Positions 11,995 through 24,624 of a DNA stretch of 64,000 bases are shown piece by piece; positions within the stretch are counted from its first letter, which is position 1; the number at the start of each line of letters is the position of its first letter. Location of the stretch: contig NW_024704742.1 in assembly GCF_018977255.1 (NCBI RefSeq), forward strand, positions 117,740,001 to 117,804,000. The letters run 5' to 3'. Source of the stretch: Callorhinchus milii. Taxonomy: Eukaryota. A model generated the notes under the pieces. It made no database searches. It saw only the letters and a list, made by a program, of their open reading frames with translations, and had not been told where the DNA came from. Made by a program: the position numbers and the translations under genes.

Positions 11995-12675
11995 GTTGTC
12001 ATTTTGACTCAGTTGCTTGCATTTTTACCTCTGGGTCAGGAGGTCATAGGATCAAGACCGGCTCAGGACTTCAACTCACAGTCAATGCTCACACTCTATG
12101 TGATGCTGCATTGTCAGAAGTGCTGACTTTTGAATGAGAGTACAAAGTCGCATCTGCCTGTTCTGGTGGACATTAAATTGTCCTATGACTCTGTTTCAAA
12201 AGAGAAAGGATTTTCTCCTGGTGTCCTGGCTAACAATTCTCCAGCTAAGTTGGTCATTCACTTCAGAGCTGTTCTGGGGACCTTGCAAAACGTGGTTCTC
12301 TAAAACAGAAGAGTGCTTATAACATTCAAATGTTAGAAAGCACTTTACTGATAATTGCAATTAATTGTAGTAACTTTATATTTGTAGACGAATGCGGCAG
12401 CCAAAGAAGCACACAGCAAAGTCGCAAAGCAGCCATGAAGTGAATGACCAGTTTATCGGGGGATTTTTGTCCAGGACACTGGGAGAAACTCCCCTTTTTG
12501 AATGGTGATATAGGATCTTTAACATCTATCTGAAAAGGCAGCTCAGGTCTCCTGTTATTGGCATGTGTGCAGGATGGCACCTCAGTTGTTGCAGCATGTT
12601 GGATTGTTAGCTGAAACTACTTGAACCATAACCTTTTGTTCCAGATGTGAGTGTTTCAACTAAGCCAAGGTGACA
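11995..12675. mobile_element. Two Deu-domain SINEs tail-to-tail (+ about 11995-12300, - about 12340-12675)
   Basis: ggtggacattaaattgtcctatg...gtgtcctggctaacaa on +, and the mirror ccaggacactgggagaaactcc...ggatctttaacatc on -. Confidence 0.7.
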
Positions 12676-12988
12676 ACTCAAAATAGCTTCCCAGCCATAT
12701 CAACCGAAATGGAGGTCTGATCTTGAAATTTACTTTACAAAACAATTCAATAATGTAAATAGGTTAAAAGAAAAAGTAAAATAATCATTATTTTAGAGGC
12801 AAGCTAATGGAAGCTCACTAAAAATAAGAGTCCAACACAAATGTAGGCTAACTGTCTATTATTACGTGATCCAGCAAAATTATGCTATTACATTAATTCA
12901 CAGGCAAAGAAAATGTCAAATCTAGTTAAAAATCTCCAGCAAAATTTAAATACTTTTCTACCTTCATTATTGTAGCCTGTTGATTGTA

Positions 12989-13345
12989 GACCTGCTGACT
13001 CCCTACCAACCTGCCCGCTCCCTCCGTTCAGCGGGCTCCGGTCTGCTCCATGTCTCCCACCCGACCCGCCCTACCATCGGTGGCCGGGCTTTCAGCCTCT
13101 GTTCCCCCACACTCTGGAACTCCATCCCACAGTCCCTTTGCCTCGCTTCCTCCCTTGCCTCCTTCAAGGCCAGTCTCAAGACCCTCCTCTTCGATCGTGC
13201 CTTTAGTCGCCCTCCCACCTCTCTGCCTTCCCTCCCCTAACCACACCCCTCCCCCATGCTCGGGTCCTGACCCCTGATTGTCCAACGCCTTGGGACGTCC
13301 TTTGGCCGTGAAAGAAGCTCTATAAATGTAATTTTGGTGTTGTTG
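12989..13345 (+). mobile_element. L2 LINE 3' end
   Basis: DLLTPYQPARSLRS...GGRAFS...LWNSIP...LKTLLFD plus tail. Confidence 0.9.
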
Positions 13346-14734
13346 GGTGACATTAAAGATGAATCTGTCCCCTCCCCCTCCACCGAAAATTTGATCAAAG
13401 GTTAACAGTGCCAAAAAATAGGTACAATTGAATAGAAATCACCAAAAAATTGTTTCAAAGTTGTTATGTGAACAGAAAATGTCTTAAAATTCAACAATGT
13501 AATTGTGGAAGAGGGGAAATACATACTTTTACTATACATATTATACATAATATTTACTATTATATTGAATGTGATTGCACTTCTGTGTTGTAAACTTCTA
13601 ATTTCTAAAGGATCTGCAGGAAGATAAATGTGACAATAACCCTGAATATAATACAATGCTAGAAATTTAAGGTTCAAATGCTTCTTATTTTCTGTTTCTT
13701 ACGAAAGCTATTTTTAGAATTCAGGAGATTTTATTCGCTGCTGATGTGACCTTCGTAATGCTGTACTTACATTGAAATTTCCTTGCAGGCAATTTTTTGC
13801 AGTTTCATGTGAAACCAATGATTACTGGTTTATCCTGCAGCAGTGATTCTGTAGTAATTTTGTTTTCCATTCGCAGCTTAGTTTTTTGGAGTTAACCAAG
13901 TCTGGGCTCCCTTCTTTATTTGATCGATTGGTCAAACCTTCAGTCAGCCTAGCTTTGTTTATTCACAATTATAATCATGTTTCCAGTAACATAATCCACT
14001 GGGGAGGTCCTCATATTAAAACAATGTAATGAAATTGAAGTGATAAGTTCATTTTGTTGATATAATGTCAGAACAGTTTGTGTGTTTGTCCTGCTGTTCA
14101 CTTCTGTGTAAACAACATTTATTTGTTGTGAAATAAATTGGCAAGTTTTGGAATTAAACTAGTGTTGGTATATATAAAGAAAATTGTTACTGTATATGCT
14201 GGTGGGTGTGGCAGTTAAGTCTAGAAACAAAAGAATACAACTGTTTGGTAGTTTTTGTTCACTTCAGGCTTTGAATGTATGTTGAATGTGTATTTGAAAA
14301 TAATATGCAGTCAAGTGGGATTGCAAGAAGCACCATATTAATTCAATACGTTAATCTTATATGATTTTAGTAGTTTATTAAGAACTTTACTGTGTTTAAC
14401 TAAAGAATATATTAAGTCAGTAAAATATCTCACACAGCAAGTATTAGAGGACATCATAGCAGAGGGGTTTGAGTTTTGTTTTTTGAGTTTTCACGTCCTC
14501 CCGACATGAAAGGCGCTCTATAAATTTAATTTTGTTGTTGTTGTTGTTGATAACATAGTGTTCAAAACATTGACATTGTGGTATATATACGTCTGGTGAG
14601 GACTGGATTTGACCAATGTGATACTCTGGCAAATACAGTAGATCTAACAACATATACCAAAATTCTTTGTGGTGGAAATGTTAAGATGGGCAAAACAAAA
14701 GATAACATATTTGTAACTTTCATTTTTTAAACGA

Positions 14735-15300
14735 TAAAAAGAACGTGCACTTATATAACGCCCTGTATACAGGGTAGCATCTCGGAGCATTTAAACAGTG
14801 GTGAAACCTGATGTCGAGCCGGGAGGAGAGGGGAGGTAACCATAACCACGGTTGAAGAGGAAAGTTTTCAGGAGAGATCTGAAAATGGAGGAGGAGGCAA
14901 CGTGGGGGGATTGAAGAAGAGAGTTCCAAAGTTTCTGAGTGTAGTGAACTGAAAGCATAGCTGTTGATGATGAAGGGATAAGCAGGACGCTGGAGCCAGC
15001 GAGCGGAGGCGACGGATGGTGAAGTGGGGATTAATCAGGTTAGAGAGATAGGGAGGTGCAAGGGTGTGAAGGAATTTATAGATGAGTTTGAGGATTTTGA
15101 AGTCAATCCATTCTGTGATAGGGAGCCAGTGGAGTCTGGCGAGGACTCGTGTGATGGGGGACCGGAGTTTAAAGCAGCTGAGTATATGGGCGGAGGAGTT
15201 TTGAATTAGTTGGATTTTGGGAATAGTGGAGCTGGGGAGACCGGCGAGGAGGACTTTGAAATAGTTGAAGCGGGAGGTGACGAAAGCATGGACAAGCGTT
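14735..15300 (-). mobile_element. L2 LINE 3' portion, diverged
   Basis: Minus strand reads HAFVTSRFNY, IQNSSAHIL, LHWLP ITEWIDFK; 3' stem-loop near 14750-14790. Confidence 0.8.
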
Positions 15301-15301
15301 T

Positions 15302-15672
15302 GTGAAGTCCTGTAGCTCAGTGGTTAGAGCGCTCACCTCCCAAGCGAGAGACCTGGGTTCAGTTCCTGGCAGGATAAAAGGTTGGGCAAGTTTCCTTATT
15401 CCACACCCCTCTGTTTACCTAGCAGCAAGTAGGAACCTGGTTGTTAGTCGATTGATAGATCGGGTTTCTGGGGATAATAAAAAATAATAATAATTGATCA
15501 CTTCAATCCACGACTGTTTGTGGGACCCTGCTGTGTGCAATTAGCTACCTTGTTTCGCCCATAAAACATAGTCAATTCACTTTACAATATATTCTTTGAA
15601 GCGCTTTGAGATGCCTCGAAGACGTGAAAAGGTGCTATTTCGAATGCAAGGATCATTATTATTTTTATTATT
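15302..15672 (+). mobile_element. tRNA-derived SINE, long form, full length
   Basis: A/B boxes, extra internal segment ctctgtttacctagcagcaagtaggaacctgg, L2-type tail. Confidence 0.88.
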
Positions 15673-15899
15673 AAGTTGGGTTTGAAATATAAAGTGTAAA
15701 ATGTTTTGATAGTGATCCTAATCCTGTTTGCAAAGCAATTTGTTCTGGAGATTATTTTTATAATAATAATAATCCTTGCATTTGATATAGCTCCTTATCA
15801 CGTCTTCGAGACATTTCAAAGCATTTCACAGAATATACTCTAAAGTGAATTGACTGTATATTTGTGGGCAAAACTTAAACTTAACTTAAAACTCCAGCC

Positions 15900-16290
15900 T
15901 TGTTTTATTGGTAGTATTGTTGTTTCTCAGTCAATTGGCTGTGAGGCCACATTGGAATTCTGAAGTCATAGTCTCAGGAGACACTCTAATGCAGTGCTGG
16001 GGGAGTGCCGCATTATTGGAGGTGCTGTCATTTGGATCAGATGTTAAACCAAGGTCCCTGTTTGCCTCTTTGGGCTAAAGATCTGATGCCACTATTCAAA
16101 AGAGAAAGGAGCTGGACATCAATTCCCCAGCTATATGTAGTCATTCTACCTGCTTGTGGGACATTGGGGTGCAAATTGGCTGTCACACCTGCGTACAAAT
16201 CACAGTTACAACACTTTATAGAAAAACTATGAAGTGCTTTGAGACATTTCAATGCGATAAGGCTCAATATCAAATGCAAGGTTTTTTTAT
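15900..16290 (+). mobile_element. Deu-domain SINE (SacSINE1-like)
   Basis: gggagtgccgcattattggaggtgctgtcatttggatcagatgttaaacc...tgtgggacattggggtgcaaattggctg. Confidence 0.75.
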
Positions 16291-16533
16291 TATAAATATT
16301 AAAACCTAGCACTGAATAGTTGAGGTGTTTTGGTAGTGCAGAGCTTGCCTCACCTCCTGGAGCTTGAGCTATTCAGCGCAGGAATTATAAATCAGATTTC
16401 CTTCCCTGAATTGCTGCTTTGCTGGAAACAATGCCACATAATTTTCTGCCAGTATAAACAAGGCAATAAAAAGAAAGATAGTGACTCTGGCTAAATCAGC
16501 AAGTGATCCAGAATTTATACATTGCGATAATCA

Positions 16534-16609
16534 GGTGAAAATTGCAATGTTCCAAAACATTTCCGATATGGCCAAATCAAATCTGTTACGAAAAGTTGCA
16601 TTTTTCACC
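16534..16609. mobile_element. Miniature element with 14-bp inverted termini (MITE-like)
   Basis: ggtgaaaattgcaa ... ttgcatttttcacc (13/14 match). The right half recurs inverted at 26812-26848. Confidence 0.4.
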
Positions 16610-19151
16610 CCAGTTATTTCTTAGCCATCATTTTTCTTTTTCAGCCTTTATTACTAGAGTAGCAGATTTAGCCAATGTTAGTAATCCTATAATTAGTTTT
16701 CCATCATGGGCACTTGGTATTGGATTGAAATTGGCAAACCTAATTTTCCATTGTTTCTTGAAGTCATTATCAGTCTTGGCTGGATGTGAGGCCACATTCC
16801 AGAGGTGAATAGATTCAGAGATGAATCCATTGGACCATCAATTTCTTGGATTGCTTATTATTTCTCTCTCTCTCAATCCCTTTGTCTTGTCCACTCCCTC
16901 CCTTCCTTCAAATCCCATCTAAAGCCCTACCTTTTCAATCGTGCTTACGGTCACCTCCCCACTTCCTCTCCCCCTGGCTCATTGTCGGACTCCACTTTTA
17001 AAAGTTTTGTTGTTTTAAAAGTTAAGCTATTTTTCTCAACTCCCTCTCACGCCTCCTCGGATCAGGTGCTCCATGGCTGCTGACTCTAGTTCTAAGAGCC
17101 AGAACAAAATCTCAGTGTGGCATTCAACCTTCACCTCTGTTTAATACAGTTCCTGACCAACTCCACTTTCTTCCATTTCCACGACAACCTGCCTCCATCA
17201 CTACCTCATCCCAATGCAGCAGAAAATTCTAATCCATGCCTTTATTACTTCTAGACTTGGCTTGTCCAATTTCAAGCTTGACAGCCTGTTGTTGGGCAGT
17301 AAACAGTATCAGGTACCACTGTACCTACTCTGAGAGTCCTTGAATCATGAAGACTTGTCACAAAGCCTCACAGCTGATGCAATTGAAACGTTCCTATTCT
17401 GCACACAAAAGGACAATGATGGAATACTCTGTAATAAGCACAATATTAAACAGAGTAGATAAGTGTAGCATTCCCTCTCATCTTGATAAGAGGAGGCAAT
17501 TTAACCAATTCAGCCAGTTCCACCAGGTTATTAGATTTTGGCAAATCTTTTCATCCCACCCATTGACCATACTGTTCACTGACCAAGTATCTACTCTCTC
17601 TTTTAAACTTGCCTATTGATTCTGCCTCTACAACTTTGTGGGACAGAGCATTTCACATCTTTCACGGCCCTCTGTATTAATAAATGCTACTTGATCTTAG
17701 TTTTAACTATCTTAAATCTTATTTTAAGGTGATGCCCCTTTGATAATGCAAAGAAAATTAATGAGTAAAACATTTGTCAACACTTGCTGTCAAGGGCACA
17801 TGGGAAGAATGGATACTTGAGCAAGGTACTAGAGTGCACTATAATCTAAGAAACCATTCGCCATCACAAATCACTACCCTCAGTGGGGAGATACAAGGGG
17901 AGAAAATTAGAGGAAAACTGTGCCATATGCCTGTTCAATTGAATGTTAAAGTTTCCATGGCACTATTTGAAAAGAGAGGGAGTTTGTCCTGGTGTCCTGG
18001 CCAACAATCCCCAGATATATAAAAAAAATGGGCATTCACTTCATGGGTGTTTTTGGATCATTGCTGTGCACAAATTGGCTGCCTTCTTATCATTACACTT
18101 TACTGTGATTCTTGTGAAATGCTTTGACACATCCTCCTATTGTGAAAAGCGCTACAGATAATTCAATTCAAGGATTGTTATTATTATTCAATCAACTATG
18201 GACACTTCTCTGCAATGTGCTCAGTACAATGTGCTGTTACAGTACAAAAGCTGAACCTTTCTCTTTAAAATAAGTTCTCCACAGACAAAACTTGTCATAC
18301 TTGTAGATCCTGAACAAATTAATGAACAGCAGACATCCACAATTTCACTTTAGAATGGGAGATGCATGATTTAGGGAGCCAGTAATGATTCACCCTCTGA
18401 TTTTCCCTTCTCTCTGCTATCTTAGTCTAATCAGAATAAAAACACAATCAAGTAGAGGGAGAATCAAATCTCTGTTCCTGTGCTCCACAATGCTGATGTC
18501 ACATTACAGCTGCAGATCTGCTTCAAACAGAACGGACCGAGGTGCTGGTACCCTGGATTTCAGGAAGTTGAGTAGCAGCCATATCCCAGGGCTACGTGCT
18601 CAAGCTGTCAGTCCACGTATCGTAGGTACTTAGAGTGACCAGTTACTGTACTAGTGCCCCTGACACTTATGCCTTCAGAGGTGAGACAAAGGCTTGCATC
18701 AATAGTGAGCATCTCTAGAGGTAACAGCTGTGGAGATAACTGCTATGACAGGGCATTAATATTTGCGCGACAGCTAATTGCAATGTACATATATGTTTGT
18801 TTTGTTGTCTCCTTTGATATTTAAATTCAGTTTTATAAATGCAAAGATCTAACAAGAATTAGCATTATTTACTTGAAGAAAATATGCTTTGTTACATCTG
18901 ATAAAAGAACAAACAGCAAATCTTAAGCAAATGTTAATACAATTTAAAAGTAAGGAAGTTTTTAGAAGAAAAATAAATGTTCTGAGAATATTTAAGAAAC
19001 TGATTAAGGTTAATAATAAGAGTCAGTTTTTGCAGTTTGTTTCACACATAAATCTATAGTGTACTTGGAATGCACCCAGTGCAATATTTCTTTCTATAAT
19101 ATAGCTGTTTTTATATAAGTTTGAATTTTGTTCATCATAACCTCACATTCA

Positions 19152-19415
19152 AATAATAATAATACTTGCATTTGATATAGAACTTTTCACGTCTTCTGGA
19201 CGTCTCAAAACATTTCACAGAATAGACTGTAAAGTGAATTGACTGTATATTTGTGGGCGAAACGCGGCAGCTAATTGCACACAGCAATGTCCCACAAACA
19301 GTCATGGATTGAAGTGACCAATGTATTATTGTGTTTTTTCTGGAGGGATTATTATTAAGCGTCTGGAGTAAAGCAACTTACCCAAGGTTTCACCCTGCTG
19401 GGAATCGAACCCAGG
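19152..19415 (-). mobile_element. tRNA-derived SINE, short form, head truncated
   Basis: Homologous to 10501-10828. Confidence 0.85.
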
Positions 19416-19789
19416 AGCCTCTTTAACCTTGTCCCACCCTACGTGCATAACCTCCTATCACTTTACTAGCCTGCCAGTTTCCTCCACTCCACCCAGCAAA
19501 CACCAACCTCCTTTACGTCCACCACCTATGTTGCCCCACTATCACTGAGTGATAATGCTTTGAGATGCCTCCTTATGTGAAAGGTGTTATATCATTTGTA
19601 CTTGTTTCTTATTTGTTGCAGTTGATGGTCTTTTTTTTCTGTATGTAGTTATAACAGCAAATGTATTCTATGAATCCCAGTGTCAGACTTAGCTGCTGAG
19701 CAACTGTAGTCAGCAACTGAATTTTTTTTTCAGGTGTCTGAATGAAAAATCTTGGTTCTGTAAACTAGGAATGTTTACAGCACTCTGTC

Positions 19790-19808
19790 TTGCCACTAGA
19801 TGTCACTC
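19790..19808 (+). promoter_or_regulatory. CTCF-like motif
   Basis: TGCCACTAGATGTCACT against core CCAC(C/T)AG(A/G)(G/T)GGC(A/G)C, one mismatch; non-repeat context. Confidence 0.45.
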
Positions 19809-20690
19809 ACACATTCAGCAAACAGTTAACCACCTGGATATAGATGTTTTCTATTTATTTATGTTGTATTTCAGAGTATTCAGGAATGGTCAACCTTAAT
19901 TTTGAAGCCGGTTTGTTATGACTGAATTCATCAATTCCCAAAGAAGGATAATGGAAGGAGGAGGAGGCAAGTATTCTGCACGGATGAGATCAAAAGAGCC
20001 ATAGCAATCTCATCAACAATATCTCTCCTGTGAGCTCAAAACTATGGAATTTTACAGGTTTTAAAAGCTCAGCTTGGCATTGCCTAAGCATTGCTACTTG
20101 ATTTATTTTATCTCATTGCCTGTTCTTTTCCACAATGGTGGTAACCCTGCACTGTGGAGTTTTCCCTTCATCGAAGTTCCTCAGTGAAAACAGTGACCTA
20201 TCCAGTCACAATGCACTTAGTTGAACTCATCAGACCCCACTCATTTTCTGATCTATTTAAAGAAGAAAATAAATATAATGTCCTTGATCATATGAAGAAG
20301 CTCAAAGAAATGTTTCTGTAGTGAGAAATGGATACTTATATTTCTGCAGACAGATTTATGTACATTATTCTTGGAACGGCATCAATAGCTTTGATGTTGG
20401 ATCTACACAAAATTGCTTTGATCTGGGCTCAGAGCCGTCTTCCCATGGTCCTGCCCCATAACCAATAAAACAATAAAAACATTAAATTATTAGCATCCAT
20501 GTTGTAATATTTTCTACGCCACGCTTTAGTCATTTTTTCGGTCTGTATTTGCAGGTAGGAACACTAGGGTTTTCCCCACTTCATTAAATTAAGTTTAACC
20601 ACAATCCACTGTGAGTCACCCTTTGGGAAATGAATTGGTCTAATCACAAACATGTTATTTGCTAGATTTTGTGTTTGACACTGATTAGTG

Positions 20691-20940
20691 TTTCTGGTGT
20701 TGCTCAGTCCCATTCATTCGATTTGGACCACAAATAGACAGCTCTGGTATTGCCTAGCCTGGTCCCATTCATTTTATTTGTCCCTTAATATACAGCTCCA
20801 GTACAGTAGAGATTAATGCCAATCCCTCTATTTGGGCAGCTTCTCTGGTCTAGCTCAATCCCATTGTCTCTTTTTGGACCACTAACAGAGAGCTCTTGTA
20901 CAGCTCAGTCCAATTCACCTTACGTTTACCATTAATACTG
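20691..20940. repeat. Degenerate ~50-bp minisatellite, about 5 units
   Basis: Recurring ctctggt..gctcagtcccattca...tttggacca..a.a.acag units. Confidence 0.75.
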
Positions 20941-21479
20941 TATAACTTTAAAAGTTTAGTTTATGATAGTATTCCTCAAACTGGCATTGAAATGCTGGCA
21001 TCTGCAGTAGTAGCAGGATCAAAAACACTCATGGCAGCAGAATAGTTTCAGAAGGAAGTTTCTCTTGGTGTCCTGGCCAATAATACTCCAGTCAAAATTG
21101 ATCATTCACTTCATGGCTGTTTGTTGGATATTGCTGTCCACAAATTGGCTCCTGCGTTCGCCCACAAAATATTCACTGTCAAACCATTTTGCGGTATATC
21201 TTGTGAAGCACTTTGAGACATCTCAATGATGTCATAAAGTGCTATATTAAATGCAAGGATTATTGTTATTATTTAGTAATCTGAGATTCCAGTTTATTTA
21301 ACAGCTTGATATTGAATGAGCATCCTGAATTGGTACCTATTTAGCCAAAATATCAGGAAGAGAAAAGTTTCATAACATAATCATATAGTATTTGAGAAGA
21401 ATGTGTTGTGCATATGTGCCTGATTAATGGGCATTGTTTTTCACAGTACCTCCATTTTTCTCTGTTAGTTTAGGAGTGA

Positions 21480-22270
21480 AAGTAGGATTGAGGAATAGTT
21501 GCTATATTTATGACTGAACAAAATATAAACTTGCCAGAGAAAGTGTTCACAATGTTTCACATGGATTGTTCTAAAAAATAGTTGAAGTTCATGGAATTTA
21601 TTGCAAATTAGACAACTGGATAACAATTGGTTTATCAATGGAAAGCAGACATTAATGATGAATGGAAAAAGTTCTATTTGGTCGAGCAGTGACTTGTGGA
21701 ATTTTCCCAGCATCTGTTCATCATTCCCTTCTGTTCATAAGATTCATAAATAATAGGATGCTTCGTGTATCTTTATAAATTTTACTGCATAGATTAAGTT
21801 ATGTGGGAAGGTAAGAGATTGATAGCATTCAACGGGGTTCGGAAGAACTAAGCAGATGGGCTGAGGAATGGCAGATGGATTTTAATGGGGATAAATGTAA
21901 GGTAATTCACCTTGGAATAGGAAACATGAAGCCTGTGTGTTTGATGAAGGAGTGTCTGTTAGCTGAGGTAGGAAAAGAAAAGAGTTTAAGTGCGCCATTC
22001 ACTCAAAATGTTCAATCAATGTGCAGATGTTATAATCAAAGTTGACTGAGTCTTGAATGGATCTCAAGGATATTTGGTTCTAAAGCTAAGCCTATAATTC
22101 CTTGTATCACTGTTGAGGCCACATCTGGTATAATGCTGTGCAATTTTGGGGTATGCTGCCTCAATATATATTAGAGAATGGAGGAGTGCCCAGTGGCAGC
22201 TATGATTGTGGGACTTAGGGTTTAAGTTTTGTGGATGGGAACTTATTTCCATTTGAGGGGCAAAAGGAGA
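21480..22270 (+). mobile_element. Old CR1 LINE RT fragment
   Basis: WAEEWQMDFNGDKCKVIHLG motif near 21858-21917 and RPHLV*CCAILG-like motif near 22115. Confidence 0.75.
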
Positions 22271-22534
22271 TTAATTTTAGACTAATTCAGTCCAGGTGCC
22301 AGGTCCAGATGAAATAACCTTCACTTATAAACCATAACATGATTCTGTGTGTCTATGTGGGAGAGACAGGGCTAAACTGAAAAAGATTTGAATTGTGAGC
22401 GCAGAACGAGAGGACAGCAAAACCAAATAAACAAGACTGAAGATTACAAAAAGGTTTTACCAGAAAATAATAGATCTGTGGAGGTGATCCCCAGAAAAAG
22501 CAGTTGAAGTTGGATTGAAAATTCAAAATTCATT

Positions 22535-23198
22535 TGTGCCATGACCCGTTCTGCCTTTCCCCACCTCTGCAACATTGCCCACCTCCACCACTGCCTCTCA
22601 CCGCAGGCCACTGAGACCCTGATCCACGCTTTCATTAAGACCCAGCTTGATTCCGCCAACTGCCTGGTCTTCCCAACTCTTCCCTCCACAAGATGCAGAC
22701 TATTCAGAACTACTGCAGCTCGTGTCCTCTCCTCTCACTCCCATTCTTGCTTGGCTTCACTGGCTTCCCATCCCTCAGAGAATCGAGTACAAAACCCTCA
22801 TTCTCATCTTCAAAGCCCTCCATGGTCTTGCTTCCCCCTACCTCTCCGACTTACTAATCAATATCAGCCTGTCTGCTCCCTCGGCTCGGCAGACACCAAA
22901 CTGCTTCAGGTCCCCCCCACTATTGGTGGTCGGGCATTCAGTATCTCTGCCCCCACACTCTGGAACTCTATCCCGGGATCCCTCCACCTCATGCCCTCTC
23001 TTGCCTCCTTCAAGTCCCATCTGAAGACCTTCCTCTTCGATCATGCCTCAGCCAGCCTCCCACTCCCAACCCACCCTGCCCTCTATCCTTCCTGACCCCA
23101 ACTGCAAGCGCAGGTCCAAATACCCCCGACTGTCCAGGGCTCTGGGACGTCTTTCCGACGTGAAGGACGCAATACAAGTGTAATTTGTTGTTGTTGTT
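22535..23198 (+). mobile_element. L2 LINE 3' portion, joined to a SINE 3' half (about 23196-23350)
   Basis: ETLIHAFI, LHWLPIPQRIEYK, GGRAFS; the (TTG)n tail runs into tgtttgtgggac of the SINE body. Confidence 0.9.
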
Positions 23199-24434
23199 TG
23201 TGGGACTCTGCTGAGTGCGATTGGCTGCCGCACTTCACCCACAAAATATACAGTCAATTCACTATACAGTATATTCTGTGAAGCACTTTGAGATGTCTTG
23301 AAGACATAATAAGGCGCTATATCCAATGCAAGGATTATTGTTATTTATTATTCTGACAAGATATTTGGCATCACTTGTGGTGGATCTGGTGATTTATGAC
23401 ATAAATCTATGCTATTTTGTTATTTCTATGATTATTTTGTTGTCCAACCAAAAAGGTTGGTTAGAATAAAAGGTCCATGGAATTAAAAGTTCGTGATTTC
23501 AAGCTGCTTGCGATGTCCCCCCAATGTGAAAGGCGCTATATAAATGTAACTGTTTATTGTAAATTTGTATTGCATTGTGGAGACTTTTCTTTTGCATACT
23601 TACTTGCAATTCTTTCTTAAATACTAACATTAACTTTCAAACCCCTCCCTATTCATCATACTTGCTTTTTAATATGATCTGAGTGTGAATTATTATACAG
23701 TATTATCCATCAGATGATAGAATTTGTACGGTATCCGAAAGCTAATAATTGAACATTTATCTACAGTTTGCAGGTGATGTAAATGATTCCAGGGAAATAT
23801 AAATAAGTAATCTTATTATAGATATTTGTATTTAATAATAAGGCTTGACTTTGATATAACATCTGTAACATTGAAATGTTTCAAATGCTTACAAATTTCT
23901 TCCAACGTTAGTTACTGTAGCAGCCAATTGGGACAAGTTTCCATGAATAGCCATGAACGAATTCCATGAAGTTGATGAGCTTTCTGAATGCCAGGACATC
24001 GGACATATTTCCGAATCATTCACAGGATCTTTAAATCTCACCTAGAGAACAGTTTGACACCTTATTCGAAGGTTGCAGCATCTCATGTTTTTCTCTCTCC
24101 TCCATTTCCTCTCATCCTTAATTCACAGAACAAAATGCTTAGCAGCAGTTAGGGCAGTATGCAACACACCATCAGTTTGGTCAGTAGTTAAGGATTGGTA
24201 TACAGTGTTTTCATGTTATTGTGTTTCATACACGGGTGTAATATGTGTGAGCTTGCACCATTGCCCCATTCGTTTGTTATAAAACAGTGAGCAGGATTAT
24301 ATTGTTGGATATGTTTTGATTTGATGAGTTTGAGAGGTGTACTCGAAAGTAGCAGAATAAATTTATTCATCAAATCTGTAGGTTTGATTTGAATCTATTC
24401 AGATATTTATGCAGTGGAAACTGAGAGCGAGAGA

Positions 24435-24448
24435 GTTACTATGGCTAC
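24435..24448. promoter_or_regulatory. RFX X-box-like motif
   Basis: GTTACTATGGCTAC against consensus GTTGCCATGGCAAC, in unique sequence with a few CpGs. Confidence 0.3.
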
Positions 24449-24624
24449 AGACGCACTTTGCTGGTGGTGAGAGCGAGTGCACAGCAGTTTGATTAGGGTA
24501 TCCAGCTGCCGGTGGGTCACAGTGAAGTCGCTTGTTTGCTATCTTCATAATATCGCAAGAATAGCTCAGATGAAGAAGGCCCTTTGGCCCATCTGATCTC
24601 ATTCCTCCAGTATACCCACTTTGT

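Noticed and set aside
19875..20060. Coding exon after the acceptor-like ttgtatttcag
   Set aside because: All three frames hit a stop within about 50 nt and no convincing donor follows.
20691..20940. CRISPR-like repeat-spacer array
   Set aside because: Units are homologous along their whole length with no unique spacers, there are no cas genes, and the context is eukaryotic.
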